From NCBI RefSeq assembly GCF_036321535.1, contig NC_087472.1:90832001-90896000 (forward strand): a stretch of 64,000 nt of DNA, in the 5' to 3' direction. The translations under genes were made by a program, and so were the position numbers. Below the pieces are notes generated by a model. It searched no databases. It was given only the letters and a program-made list of their open reading frames with translations, and was not told the origin of the DNA. The stretch comes from Camelus dromedarius. Its lineage: Eukaryota. Within the stretch, counting starts at the first letter, position 1. Each line of letters starts with the position of its first letter. Positions 50,896-64,000 of the stretch are shown here, piece after piece.

Positions 50896-52864
50896 GGTAA
50901 CGAACTCGGAAAGGGGACAAGGACACAGAAACGTGACATCTAAGGATGTCATATACTAGCTTGTCTTTGCTGGGCATTTGTCACATTCTTGTTATGGAGT
51001 GGTGTTCAGAGCTTTAGGATGAAAGAGACAGGGAGGTGCCAGCAGAGAGTCAGAGACATGACTGCTTTGGAAATAAGATCCTCAAAGAAATAAATAGGGG
51101 AGCTGGACTTTCACACCAAAGGAAACAAAACTAACTGGGGTGATTTAACATCTTATGTGGAAAAGGATGACCAGTTCTCTAGCTCTACTGAGGAGAGACC
51201 CCCTAAAAAAAGAGCTGAAATCGCAGCTTAAAGCACCTGGGATTATATACAAGGAAGAATTCAAAAAAAAAAAAAAGAATTCAATAACAACCACCCTGGC
51301 TAAATACTAGGTGAGATGCATTCGTCTTCCTCTGGAAGTTGCTATAGGAGAACAGGTTCCCCTTCAGGTCTGGTCCTATCTGATAGCCGTGTAGGCAGGG
51401 TAAAAGTTAAACCAAGAATGTAAATTGGCTTCATAACAAACCTTTCTTTCCTCTGACCCTCTGGCTTCTGTTTCACTATCTTGTTTGGCTGAATGTCCAA
51501 GCCTGGCCTTTGTCACATATGATAGGACATCCCACCCGAAGTCATAAAATAATTAGCACCCTATGGCCCACTCTGGCATTTTTTCCCTCACACACAGGTC
51601 AATGTTTGGACCTTTAAATAATGTTACATTGTTTCTTAAATCTTTCGTCAACCTCCCACCATGTTTCTTACTACCCTAAAACCATATAAAATACCCCGAT
51701 GTAGTTATACAGAACCTGATTCATTTATATACGTGCTACATATAAAACTCAGTTAAACGTTAACTGTAAAGTAGGTGTCTAATTGTTTATTTTAAGGGAC
51801 TTTTCAAACTCTAAAAGCACAACAGTCTAAAAGATATTATCAATATTCATAAAATCCGCATTTACTGGGTTTCTGCTTCAGGCCAGGCACTTAGGATGTG
51901 AAGTTAAAAGGCGGTTGGTGTGCGCCCTCCTGGACCTCAGTCAGCTAGAGGAGCCAGGGGAGAAATAATTGCCATAGGTCATGATAAAAGGCTCACACAA
52001 GCTAAAGTGCTGGCACAGGGAGGGTGTACCAAGCAAACAGGGGGAATCAGGCAACAGCTCATACAGAAGATCCCTACAATGGATCAAATAATCACATTTG
52101 CAAGCACTAAGCTAATATCCTTTCATGTGTTTGGTTTGGAAAAGACCTTTTCAATTAATTTGATTTTCGGAGTAAATTAATGTTCCCTGCAGTGTATGAT
52201 GGTCATGAAAGGATCCTGTATGGAACTGGCAGCCAGATGTCTAATAGAGTAACATGCAGTCCAAGGATTATAATTGCCAATTAAAAATTCCATATTTCTG
52301 GTCACATTTAGCAAAGATTATTTAACAGACAGGCATCACTACAAGCAGCTTGAATCCACCAACGACCCCATCTGAATACCAACCGAAAAGAGCACTGCCG
52401 TACAACAAAACACACACAGTAGGTCCTAATTAATTTCTGGTTTGATTTCATCCTTACATAAATAAATCAACAAATTAAACACATAATGTATTCATGTGTT
52501 TGACAGAGTTGTATGACCCCCCCTTTTATCGAAAAGGCAGTGTATTTGGAGCTTTCTATTAAACATAGCAGATTTCCAAACTAAAAAAATTAAGCACAGA
52601 AGAAATGAAAGATTCATATTAATAGTAAGAATTGTTATGCTAATTGTGAGTTATTTGTGCTCTGTACTGTTTTTCGCTTTCTACTGAATAGTCATTATCT
52701 TACTCCATGTTTCCCTTTCAAATCATCTGGAAAACAAATGAAGAAGCTGAATAAGGAGATATGCTTCAACATCTGCATTCCAAAGTGTCAAATTAAAGTG
52801 ACCATGTACATCCTGCCCAGCTCAAAAACAAGCAGGGTTACAAAAGTTTCCTTGGAAGATGACG

Positions 52865-53215
52865 CAGTCAGGAGAAGCTAGGTTGTGGCTGAAATAACAA
52901 ACAGACCCCACAATCTCAGTTGCTAAAGTCAACAAAGGTTTATTTCTAGTCCACATCACAGATCAGGGACCAGGCTCACTCCATCTTGCAACTTCACCAT
53001 TTTAGAAATCTCTGAGTCCAGCCACGTGAACCAGAGAATGAGAATATGTAGAAGGCACATTTGTGAAAGACAGATCATTTCTATTCCTATTTCCATCAGC
53101 TAGAATTCAGTCACAATTTCCCCACCTAACTGGAAGGAAGGCTAAGAAAGAGTTTTCCTGGGTCCCTGGGAAAAGGAAATGTATTGGCAAACATCTAGCC
53201 AGTGTTTGACACAGA
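52865..53215 (-). mobile_element. MLT1-like (ERVL-MaLR) LTR
   Basis: ...agctaggttgtggctgaaataacaaac...caatctcagttgctaaag...aaggtttatttc pattern. Confidence 0.6.
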
Positions 53216-54347
53216 GGGAAAGAATCTAAAACACACTTTTTTATTCAAGCTGTATTATATATTATAATGAGGTTCTCAAGTCAACCCACTCCAAATGCAA
53301 GTGAAACACATTACTAATAGAGTAAGACCTCAGTGACTTAAGTGTCACCTCTCTGGCCATCTTGTTTACCAGGGCCAAGATTGAAAACTCACTAATAGTC
53401 ATAATAGAGATTCGGCAATCTACACACCCATTCATTCTTCATTCAGCAAACATTAACTGTGTCTACTTACGGTAAGTACTATTCTAGGCACTAAAAAAAA
53501 TCAAAGATTAAGATCTAGATATTGCTCTCAGTAGCAGTGATAAGACTAACTCTTGTCAGACCAAGATAAGAAGCAGGGTGTTCTCAGGAACTACAGATAA
53601 ATCAGTGTGGCTGAAACAGAGTGGACAAGACAGGTGCAGCAAGGGCCAAGGGCCAAGGCCCTGTGTGCCATTCTGACAACAATTTAGGTTTTAAGAAGGA
53701 ATCTATCAACAGAATTTAAGCACAGAAGTAACACAACCAGATGAGTACCTCTGGAAGGCCAGACTGCCTACTGCGTAGAAGATGGACTAGCGGGACCTGG
53801 AGAGAGGGCTGCAGCCGCTAACACAGCCACCACTCTTTTGTCATCAAGAACTTCCTATTGCAGACACCTTGACTTAAATGTTTTGGCATGGGGTAATTTT
53901 GAGGCAGTATAAAATGCACATCATTACACATACTCTTTCCATTTTCAAAAGGAAAACTGCTTCGTTGTTTTTTCCTCCTGGTTATATGCTCATTGTGAAA
54001 TATTTAGACAATACAAGGAAGTATCAAGGAAAAGCAAAAATCGCCCATAATCCACTGTCTGATGAAAATCGCTATTAACATATTCAGTGTATACATTTCC
54101 ATAACTTTCCCCATGCATACTTTTTCTAATAGAAATATGATACCATAAACGCAAGTGTAACCTGCTTCCTTTCTTTAGTAATACATTCTGAACATTTTCC
54201 CAAAGCAGTAAATATAGTTTGGTATCATACTTTTTAACAGCTATAGAGTATTCCATTGATTGACTGTTCCATGAGACAGTGTAGGGCAGTGGCTATGAGT
54301 GTAAGCTCTACATTTAAATTGACCACATTCTGATCCTGGCTCTTAGC

Positions 54348-55098
54348 CAAGGGTGAGCAAACTTTTTCAGTAAAGGGCCAAAAAAATATTTTAGGCTTTG
54401 AGGGCTGCATTAGGGTTCTCCAGAGAAACAGAACCAACAGGATATACAGATATAGAGATAGAGATCTCTCTATATAGATTCTGATATAGATAGATCTATA
54501 TCTCTGCATCTATATTTAGCTAAGTCTAGATATAGATACTGATAACTATATTTCTATAGATATCTATATCATCTATCTACCTACCTACCTACCTATCTGT
54601 GAGAGAGAGTATTTTAAAGAATTATGAAGACTGGCAAGTTTAGAATCTTAAGGGTGGGTCAGCAGGCCAGAGATCCAGAGAAGAGTTTCGGTTCAAGTCT
54701 GAAGGCAGTCTGCTGGCAGAATTCCCTCTTAATCCAGGGATGTCGATCTTCTGTGAACTGACTGGATGAGACCTACTCATACTATGGAGGGTGATCTGCT
54801 TTACTAAAGTCTACTGATTTAAATAGAAATCTCATCTATAACATACCTTCACAGAAATATCTAGAAAACTGACCAAATATCTGGGTTCTGTGGCCTAGTC
54901 AAGTTGACACATACAATTAACCATTACATAAGCCCTATGATCTCTGTTGCCAACTACTCAACTCTGTTACTGTTATGTGACAGCAGACAAATCCAGTTAT
55001 GCACACAAATGAGTGTGGCTGTGTTCCAATAAGACTTTATTTACAAAAACAGGTGGCAGGCTGGATTTGGTCCTTGGGCTATAGTTTGTTGACTCCTT
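54348..55098 (-). mobile_element. MER58A-like MITE with perfect 8 bp TSD, split by an MLT2 LTR
   Basis: TSD CTCTTAGC at 54340-54347 and 55099-55106. Reverse-complement similarity to 27317-27554. Confidence 0.88.
54406..54928. mobile_element. MLT2-like (ERVL) solo LTR with internal TAGA/CCTA microsatellite
   Basis: TG...CA ends, tagggttctccagagaaacagaaccaa and cctagtcaagttgacacatacaattaaccattaca termini. Confidence 0.85.
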
Positions 55099-55167
55099 CT
55101 CTTAGCTGCTTTCTAGCTGTGCGGCTTTGAATAGGTAATTTAAATTCTTTAAACCTCAGTTTTCTCA

Positions 55168-55961
55168 AAGGAACCCTCCTACATTGCTGGTGGGAATGTA
55201 GTTTGGTGCAGCCATTATGGAAAACAGTATGGAGATTCCTCAAAAAACTAAACATAGACTTAGCATATGATCCAGCAATCCCACTTTTGGGTATATATCC
55301 AGAGGGAACTTTAATTCAAAAACTGACATGCACCCCAATGTTCATAGCAGCACTATATACAATAGCCAAGACATGGAAGCAACCTAAATGTCCATCAACA
55401 TATGACTGGATAAAGAAGTTGTGGTACATTTATACAATGGAATACTACTTAGCCATAAAAAGAATAAAATAATGCCATTTGCAGCAACACGGATGGACCT
55501 AGCAATTGTCATTCTAAGTGAACTAAGCCAAAAAGAGAAAGAAAAATGCCATATGATATAATTCATATATGGAGTCTTAAAAAAAAAAGAAAAAAGGACA
55601 CTATGAACTCATCTACAAAACAGAAACAGACTCACAGACATAGTAAACAATCTTATAATTACCAGGAAAGAGGGTAGGAAGGGATAAATTTGGGAGTTTC
55701 AGATTTACAAATGTTAGCCACTATATATAAAAATAGATTTTAAAAGTTTCTTCTGTATAGCACAGAGAACTATATTCAACATCTTGTAGTAACCTTTAAT
55801 GAGAAAGAATATAAAAATGAATATACATATGCATATGCATGACTAGGACATTGTGCTGTACACCAGAAACTGACATATTGTAATTGACTGCACTTCAATA
55901 AATACAAAAACAAAACAAAAACAAATACAAACCAATACGATATTTGGCCAAAAAAAAAACC
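55168..55961 (+). mobile_element. 5'-truncated young L1 with 15 bp TSD
   Basis: TSD ACCTCAGTTTTCTCA (55153-55167) / ACCTCACTTTTCTCA (55962-55976). ORF2 C-terminal fragment 55203-55472. Similar to 19015-19805. Confidence 0.92.
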
Positions 55962-56163
55962 ACCTCACTTTTCTCATCTGTGAGAAATGGGAACAATAAT
56001 AGTTTTGAATTAAAAGTGTTACGGTGAGAATCAAAAGCGATGCTATTTGTAGAATGCCTGGCACAATATCAGGTACATGGTAAGTGTGCAGTAAATCTTC
56101 CCCTCGTTATTATTAGTTATCCATTATCTGCTGACAGAATTATTTTAAACACATTTATTAAGG

Positions 56164-56688
56164 TTTTGCAGCAAAGTGTGTTACACCTCAGTGTTACAGC
56201 TCAGTTGTGACAGCAACCTGGATCCTGACGAGAGACCAAACAGCACTCGGAGGGTTAGAGAACTCAGGTTTATTATGCTGACGGGCCCAGAGAAGTTAAC
56301 GCTCCAAGCTCTGGACCCTGTCTGTAGGTTTACACAGGCTTTTATAGGCTGCTAGTCTAAACTTTGCAACATCATATGCAAATAAGGTGTAAGAAACTTG
56401 ACTAATTAGGAATGAGCTTTGTAGAAATGGACCAATCAGGAGTGACAGAAATGGACCAATTGGGAGTGAGCTCCATGCAAATGAGGCACTACAAATGGAC
56501 CAATAAGGAGTTAGCTCAGGGAACCAATAGAATCTTAGGGGTAAGTTTCACTTTCCTAGAAGCAAGCTGTTGTACAGAAGCAAAAAGCGAGATAATGCCA
56601 CCAGGCCAGGGAACCAGATGGTGCTGGCAGGAAAGCAGTGGCCCTGCCTGGGGGTCTTGCCAGTCTTTTCATGGGGCTTCCCACCTCA
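56164..56688 (-). mobile_element. Solo LTR (ERV1-like) inserted into an antisense old L1 3' end
   Basis: 4 bp TSD AAGG (56160-56163 / 56689-56692). Minus-strand TATAAAA (~56340-56346) and AATAAA (~56269-56274). Host L1 reads through as tttattaaggtataactgacatataataaactgc. Confidence 0.8.
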
Positions 56689-58290
56689 AAGGTATAACTG
56701 ACATATAATAAACTGCATATATTTAAAGTGTATAATTCAAAAAGCCTTAATATATCTATACACTCATGAAATCAGCACCACAATCAAAGACAGTAAATAT
56801 GCTCATCACCCCAAAAGTTTCATCCTGGCCATTTGTAACCCTGCCCTCCTATCCCTTCTACCCCTCCCAGCCCCCACTCCCACTTCCATACAACCACTCA
56901 TCGTTTTTACATCACTATCTTACTAACAAAATTTTGATTGTCTGAACACTTGCACTATTAGAAATGACAGTCATTCACACCCATGGACATATCTCTGCAT
57001 ATGTGTTCAACTGCTTGCTTAGAATAAAATGCCGCAAGTAGGATCACTCATTTGTAGACGATGTTCACTTGATATTGTTATACATGTTGACAAATTGCCT
57101 TTCAGAAAGGCACCAATTTGCAGTGACTGTTTCTCCCTACCTATTTTCAATTGTTCTATTGACAGTGTGTCTGTATGCACCCAAGGTAATTCTGTGTGCT
57201 TAAGCTAGGAGTGTGAGTGTGGGTTCACACTCGAAGTATCTTAGAGATAGACAAGCAGCCCAATCGAGAATCAATGCCTTCAGAGGTGGTGACCTAGAAC
57301 TTTAATAATGAAAAGAGATGTTTTTAGTGGTGAGATGATTGGTGTTCTAGCTGGGAATGCTGTACAGGCTCCACCGCCCTTTAGGGAATAAGGTATAAAA
57401 TTCCAGCCCTGGTGCCTAACTCCACTGAAGCAGCATTCCAGCTCTACAGTCTTGCTGCTTCTGCCTGATCCTGACTCATCTCCAAAACCAGCCACTTACA
57501 TTCTCAGGAACAGAGGAGCATCTACCACAGAATAAGCCTTTCATCCTCTTTTGTACTTGCTTGCTAATAAATGTTTGTACGTTTGAGAGAATTTGGTAAA
57601 TTTGGTTTAATACTTAACTTCATAATAATAAACCAGCCACTAGCAAGGTTGGGAGGACAGGTACATACAGCCACCACCCAGCTTAATACAGTCACCACCC
57701 AGCTTTAATATGTTCACTAAAGGACCTTGACATTTGCTGGATTGCAAAATTAGCTTGGGTCTGTTTGCAACATTTTTCTTATGCCTCATTGTTTTCACTT
57801 GTATTTTTTATTAATAGTTCAGTTAAGGATATTTTCATATGGCTGTTGACTATTTGTATTCTTCTTTTGTGAATTACTTGTACATATCTTCTTTGGTATT
57901 AAAATTTTTCTTATTGGTTTATAAGAGATCTTATATTTAAGACATTAGTCTTCTATCATATGAGTTGCAAATGTTTTCCCATTTGTCAAATGTTTTAACA
58001 TTGTTTATGGTGGGCTTTTTTCTCAAGTAGTAAAGGTTATCAATATATTTCTTTACAGTTTCTGGCTTTGGTGTCATGCATAGAAACTTCTCTTGCAGAA
58101 TTATATACATAATCACCTAAATTTTCTTCTAAGGGTAAGAATGACTGTTTTACACATTCCTTGGAAAAAACATCTAACAGCTGAAAGTTTAATGGTTTAT
58201 AAAAGGTACTCAGTGGTTTAAAATTGCCTTCCTGATGGGCTGATAAAGTAGTGAAAACAGTTTTTGGTGTAATTTCTGAAATCTGGCCTT
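56689..58290 (-). mobile_element. Old L1 3' fragments (L1MB/ME-like), patchy
   Basis: Antisense L1 motifs at 56689-56920, 56930-57150 and 57770-58290. Confidence 0.55.
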
Positions 58291-60214
58291 CATGTTTTAC
58301 AATCTCTCTCTCATCCTTCTGAATAACTAATTCAAAATAGAAGGGGGGGGCGGGAATTTGTAAACCATGAGAGGCAGGGGACACAATAACACAGACATAG
58401 AAGCCTAACCTTCACCAATGAGACACTATGCCAGACTTTGAATCCAAAGCTGGTGACCCTTTCACCAAGTATAGGATTGTAAAATAAAAAAACAAGTAGA
58501 AAGGAAATAAAATTTTAAAATGAAAAATAAATAAATAAAAAGAAGTTGGTGATCCAAAGAAGCAGGCACTGCTTGAGTTACTGGGACACGGGCAGTAGCA
58601 GACATTCTGTTTCCAGAAGCATCAAGGGCAAGTTCCTAGCAGTTGTGTCCAGTGCCCAGCATCACTGATGTGATCAGAGCGGCCATCCCAAGGAATAGTG
58701 GCAGCACTGTCTCCACTAGAGCAGTTCTGCTGGGAGACTGCAGCCCCACTGCAGAGCATGTGAACTTTCTCATCTCTTATCTAACGTAAACTAACAAGAG
58801 AGGTTTTGTTGTTTGCAACTAAGAAACCTGAATGATACAGAAACAGGACCAGGAATGGCTATAGAAAATACAACCTCAGTGTAATAGGTGTCTGGGTTGG
58901 TTTTGCTGGACTAGAGAGCCTGAAGGCAGTGACATGTGCCCCAGCATCAGCCCCTCTCCTATATAGTGGTTCTTATTGTACACTGAGGGCAGAAAAAGCT
59001 AGATTGTATCTACCAAGCCATACCTCCCATCCCCCAAACCAACCCACTCACAAATGGTCAAATATTGTGAAACTCTTATCAGTTACACATAAGTGGAGAG
59101 GAGAACCATTCTGTTTTTACTGAAGCTGCAGCAGTAGCCAGAATAGCAGGAATCAAATTTCCACACAGCCAGCTTTTTAAAAAAATTGACCTCTGTGGTG
59201 ACATTATGCATTCGAATATTCTATACATACCTGTAACTGACTCAGTGTTTGTCCCCCCTCCATCCCCACTGAAGCATTCTTTTGCCAGAGATCCTGGAGG
59301 ACACTGGGGCTATCTGTACCCAGTGAGCTGGGATTCTAATACAAAACTTGCTAAAACATGCAATTAGACACATATAATTAAGACATCTGGTTACCTTGTG
59401 TTGAAAATATGACTGATTCTTCTAGCCTAAAAGTATTCATTTAAATATGGTGTGTACCAAGGTATAATTTCTTTGCACAAAAATCATAATCCATTCTTCA
59501 AAGACAGTAAATGAAAGCGTATGAAAAATATGTGGAAAAATAATGGCCTTGCCTCAACAAGCAGATCTTTACATCAAGCTGCTAATGATAACATATATTA
59601 GATGCTGGAAGAGCTCATGAGATTGTTTCCTAACGGAGGCTGTGTTTAGCTCATCCCACCTCTAGGAAATTGACTTAAGGGTGAGGTAATTCTTTAGGTA
59701 AACAATTTAGGAAGTCTATCCAAATTGCTCAAAGTGCTTTGCAGACATGAGCTAATTCAGCCTTGTAAATAAGTTTGTATAATTGGATTCATTTCTACCA
59801 TTTCCTTTGAAACTGTTTCATGGGTGGCAGTTTGTTGGGGAAAAGGCATCTGCGAATAACCCAGGGGCATTCCCAAACTCAGGGCATCTTTGGGAGTCCT
59901 GAGATGATCCTCGAATTTTGAGGCCAGACTTCCTGGTTATATCATAACACCTTCCTGTCTCCCCGTCTCCTGGGGCTTCAAAATGAGGAAACAGCTGTAG
60001 GGAAAACACCGCAAGGGAAAGGAGCCTTGTAATTGTTGTGTTTCTTTTAAAAACATCCTGAGACCACACAAACTTCGGCTCTTTTAGCCATAACCTCTGA
60101 ACTTCAGAGCTCCTGCATAACAATAGTTCAGTTCAATGGGGATGGTCACTTGGCTGTGTGCAATAGCTCCCAATCTATTCTCCTAGCACTCCACTTTGAG
60201 ATGATTCATACCCC

Positions 60215-60642
60215 CTCTGGTGGGGGCTCCGGTGTCAGCCCAGATGCCCCGTTCAGGACCGACGGATATATCCTCCCAGTTGCCGGCAGTGTCCACCAGT
60301 GCTGGCTCACTGCTCAGCCCTTCTCTGGGAATTACTCTCAGTTAAAAGTTGCTGTCTCATCCAAAGCAATGCCCCCTACCTGGGTGCAGCCCAAATTCAA
60401 CCACTGGCCAATGAGGGGCAGAAACGAGGTCCCCGTTCTCTCACCCCAATTTAAGACAACCCTAAAGGGCCACCCCAGCTCTAGAGCTTCCCACAGGGTC
60501 AGCAGAGGGCTCTGCGTCACAGTCCAACTTCTTCCTCTATCTGGGCCTGCAGCCTTCAGTTCCCCACAGGTGTATCTCTCTAGAGGACTCCTCCACACAC
60601 TCCTGTGCACCGCTCCTGTTTCCAGGGAACCCTACCTAACAC
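60215..60642 (+). mobile_element. LTR16-like (ERVL) solo LTR
   Basis: ...gcccagatgccccgttcaggaccga... and ...ccagggaaccctacctaacaca end. Confidence 0.78.
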
Positions 60643-62094
60643 ACACCCATTTTAGGTACAAGGCTGCATTTGGAAGAGTCAGAAAGTTAATTTTGCAGGT
60701 TTACCTAATTTAATCCTTTAAAAATGTTATCACCTATAATTAAGTCATCTCTGAGCGAAGTACTGACTAGCCTTGACCTTTGACTCATTATAGGAGACAG
60801 GGCCTCATGCCAAAAAGAGGCTTAGTCAGAGTTAGTAATTATCTAACTACAGCAAGGCCAGTAGGTTTAGAGTAGGACACAAAAGGGTAGTTCGTATATT
60901 AATTCCTCTGGGAATTAATGTCAAATGAGACTTGAAGAAAGAAGAAAGGAAAAAAAATAAAATAGATTGATAGATCAACAAAATACACATTAAGCACCTA
61001 CATTTTAAGCAATGGGGAACTAACAAAGAGGAAAAAACAATATAGCCCCTCTCTTGTGGAATTTACAGTCTAGCTGGGGGAAATAAAACACTATTAAAGA
61101 CGGTGTGGTAGGTTGTAATGGAGGAAATATAGTGCCATGACAGTACATAGGAAGAACACATAACTCTGTCAAGTATAGGGTTGGGACAGGAGAGAGAAGA
61201 AGTGCCTATATGGAACAAAATAAACAAGTAATGGACAGGGGAAAAGAGGACATTAAGGAAGCTAATTCAAGGAAATAATTTACAAGGCAAAAGAAGGAAT
61301 TTGCATGAAGACATCCTATTTATAATGCTGAAACATTATAAATATTATAAACATTATATTGAAGACAACCCAAATGCTCAACAATAGGGGAATAATAATA
61401 GAATATTATGAAGTAGTTCAAATAAAAATGATGATTACATTCACTTGTGGAAATGTGATGTGAAATAATATGAAATGAGTAAAGCAGAAATGGTATGCAT
61501 TCACTGGGCTAGAACTATATGAAAATATGTGTCTTTATAAACAATAACCAGAAAACTCCATGTACCAGAGAAACAAGGATTTAATATCTTGTGTTTCCTT
61601 TTTCCTCATCCCCCTTCGTTGGTTATGCCACCTTTCTGGTCTGATTTTCTTAATGTCTTTTTTTCCCTGTTATGAAAGCATTATATATGTAAGTATCTGT
61701 CTGGAAATATTTTTTTAATCTTTCTGAAATACTCAAAAGTTACTGCTCCTTACTACAGAATAGGAAACATGGCAATATCACCCTGGGGAAAGATCAGCAT
61801 CTTAGACTTTGTGGATTTTTTACTTGAAGGAAATTTAACATTTTGAAATGACATTACGGATATAAACAAGAAAGTTACACCCTTTTTGGAACGTTTTCTT
61901 GACAATATATATCACGGCTTTTTTTTAAGTGCATACACTTTGATTCATTAATTCCAATTCTAACGTATATCTAATGCTGTGGTGGTGTTTAACAGCTGGA
62001 TCTCTGGAGGAAAAGCCTTGAATTTGTAGTGTTTGCCAATTTCCAAGATATAGATACTCTGGTCACAGCCAATTCCAAGTTATCAATGTGATAT

Positions 62095-62635
62095 CAAGAG
62101 ATATGAAAACATATGTCCACACAAAGACTTATACAAAAATGTTCATAATAGCCAAAAAGTAGAAACAATCCAAATATCTATCAACCAATAAATGGATAAA
62201 AAAACTTGTGATATATCTAATCCAATAGAATAGAATAGATATATCCATACAATAGAATACTACTCAGCAATAAAAAGGAATGAACTTTTGGTACATGCAA
62301 CGATATGGATGCATGTCAAAACAATCATACTGAACGAAAGAAACAGAGAAAAGCATATACTGTATGATGCCATTTACGTACAATTCTAGAAAGTGCAAAT
62401 TATTTTAACAGAAAAGTGGTCAGAGGCTGCTTAGGGATGAGGAGGAGCCAGAGGGAGGGATTATAAAAGGGCAGGAGAAAACTTTTGGAAGCGATGGCTA
62501 TGTTCAATCTTGACTGTGGCGAGTTTCATATATACATATGTCAAAATTCATCAAATAGTACACTTTAAATATATATAGTTTATTATATATCAATTATACC
62601 ACAACAAAACTCATTTAAAAGAAAAACAAACAAAA
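62095..62635 (+). mobile_element. L1MB-like 3' end
   Basis: ...gaaaacatatgtccacacaaagactt...aatagaatactactcagcaataaaaaggaatgaac... with A-rich end. Confidence 0.8.
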
Positions 62636-62756
62636 AAAGGCTAATCGGTATCTCCTGTGCTCCTAGCCCACTTAAACTTCCCCTGTACTTCACCTGACTT
62701 CCAAAGGCTAACAGCCACATCTTGGTCAGAAGCCTGCCTCAGGCTGCCAGCACCCA

Positions 62757-63107
62757 CACTGTCCTATAAACTGGATGGAAGTGCCTAGAAGCTAACATTT
62801 CCCCACCTCCTGCCCTTCTGCCTCCACTCCCGTGGGCAGCCTTTAATGACTGACAGGTGCAGGGGCATAAATGCCCAGCTCCCTTTCCTCTTGGCTGGGC
62901 CCATTCTCAGGTAAATTGTTAATACTGGTGGGATTAAGTTTCAGTTGCTCCTGATGGTAGCTGGTCTAATAATAAACCCACTGCGGGCTGTCTTTCCTTC
63001 CCTATGTCACTTCTCCACTCCCCAACCCGTGTCCATGCACCCAAATAAACTACGTGTACTCCAATCCTTGTGCCAACGTCGGCTTCTAGGGGAGCCCAAT
63101 TCAGACA
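62757..63107 (+). mobile_element. LTR16A-like solo LTR
   Basis: ...aatgactgacaggtgcaggggcataaatgcccagctccc...ccaaataaactacgtgtact...ggggagcccaattcagaca. Confidence 0.7.
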
Positions 63108-63693
63108 GGGTCAAAGCCCTGGTGAAGATTTTCCCCAAGAAACTGGAAGAAGAGATTGATCTGAGTATCTGAGTTCTAAGGCACTGTCTCTCAGGTCCCT
63201 TTGCATTCAAGTACAGTTTCTAAAGCTAATACCTGGCACAAAGACATGGATGGGTAATAAAAAGCAAAGCATGAAAGGCAGGTCAGCATGATCCCACCCA
63301 CATTATTGGAAGACAATACTGGAAGAGATGGAGAAATTACAAGAAGAGGAACCATTGGTTTAAAAGACCAAGGTATTTGTGTAGATTGGATTTGGGAAAA
63401 AAATACTTGGCCTTCCAGTTCCTTCTCCCCTTACCAATATCTGCAGCTAACATTTGTTCTTATTAGGTACCTCATCTCAGCCAGAAACTGTTCCATGTGC
63501 TGGGAACATGGCATTGAAGAAGACAAATAACATCTTTACTTTCATAGAACACACATTCTTACAAGGGGAGACAGACAATAAACTTCATAAATAAACATAA
63601 AAATATCAGGGAGTAATCAATTATTCACAGAGAATTAAAATTGGGTGAGATGAGGGTGAGGACTGATGGTGTGGCTCCTTTAGATTTGACAGT

Positions 63694-64000
63694 GTGGTAG
63701 ATTAGATAATTGTTCCACAAATATCTCCCTCTGTGGGAAGAGGACCTTCCCTCCCCACTGATGCTGGCCATGTGGACTGATTTGGACAGTGGGGAGAAGG
63801 GCAGTGTGTGAGTGCAGAGTTTGGGCCTTAGAGCCTTGAGAACTTTCGTTTGCTTATCCGGGAGGCAATGTGGACCCTAGACTGAGATGCAGAGTAGGAC
63901 TGCCCCAATCATCTCATGGGCCTGTGGATGTGAGATTAATCCTTGTTCTTTTAAGCCACTGAACTTTGAGGTTGTTTTTTTATGAAACATCATTATAGTA
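63694..64000 (+). mobile_element. MLT1-like LTR, runs to window end
   Basis: tgtggtagattagataattg start, ...ttgttcttttaagccactgaactttgaggttgttt... near end. Confidence 0.7.

Larger units (their letters stand above)
54277..56097 (+). mobile_element. MIR SINE split by MER58A and L1 insertions
   Basis: MIR pieces at ~54277-54347, 55099-55167 and 55962-56097 (cctcagttttctcatctgt core). Confidence 0.75.

Noticed and set aside
60150..60713. 187 aa ORF
   Set aside because: Coincides with an LTR16-like solo LTR and has a non-ATG start.
37397..64000. Downstream neighbour gene such as a ferritin heavy-like (FTHL17-type) retrogene
   Set aside because: No ferritin-like ORF or other recognisable coding sequence within the window.

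Overview
Mammalian genomic DNA containing the 3' end of the dystrophin gene (DMD, + strand). Exons 75, 76, 77, 78 and 79 (human numbering) have canonical AG/GT borders and sizes of 244, 124, 93 and 32 bp plus the terminal exon. A ~2.5 kb 3'UTR ends after AATAAA at 37374-37379, followed by ~26 kb of repeat-rich downstream DNA. The repeat content (Tigger1-derived MITE inside an L1, style of the young L1 3' ends, no Alu/Bov-tA/PRE-1/CHR-2 SINE recognised) suggests an artiodactyl, possibly a camelid; this is inference. Most of the rest is transposon fossil: nested L1s, L2, MIR, hAT/Tigger MITEs and solo LTRs. Repeat family names are assigned by eye from remembered consensus sequences, not from a database search. 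No prokaryote-type system or new protein-coding gene is supported. The most unusual structure is a ~0.9 kb, ~97-98% identical direct duplication (16943-17838 vs 46558-47457) of an L1/non-L1 junction. It appears to have been copied into an intron-76 L1, replacing part of it, and the two copies now flank DMD exons 77-79. Other points of note: the Dp71e-type intron-77 extension with a TG (not AG) acceptor, the exon-78-skipped second reading frame, a second miR-31 seed match in the 3'UTR, and several A-tail-only insertion scars flanked by direct repeats.
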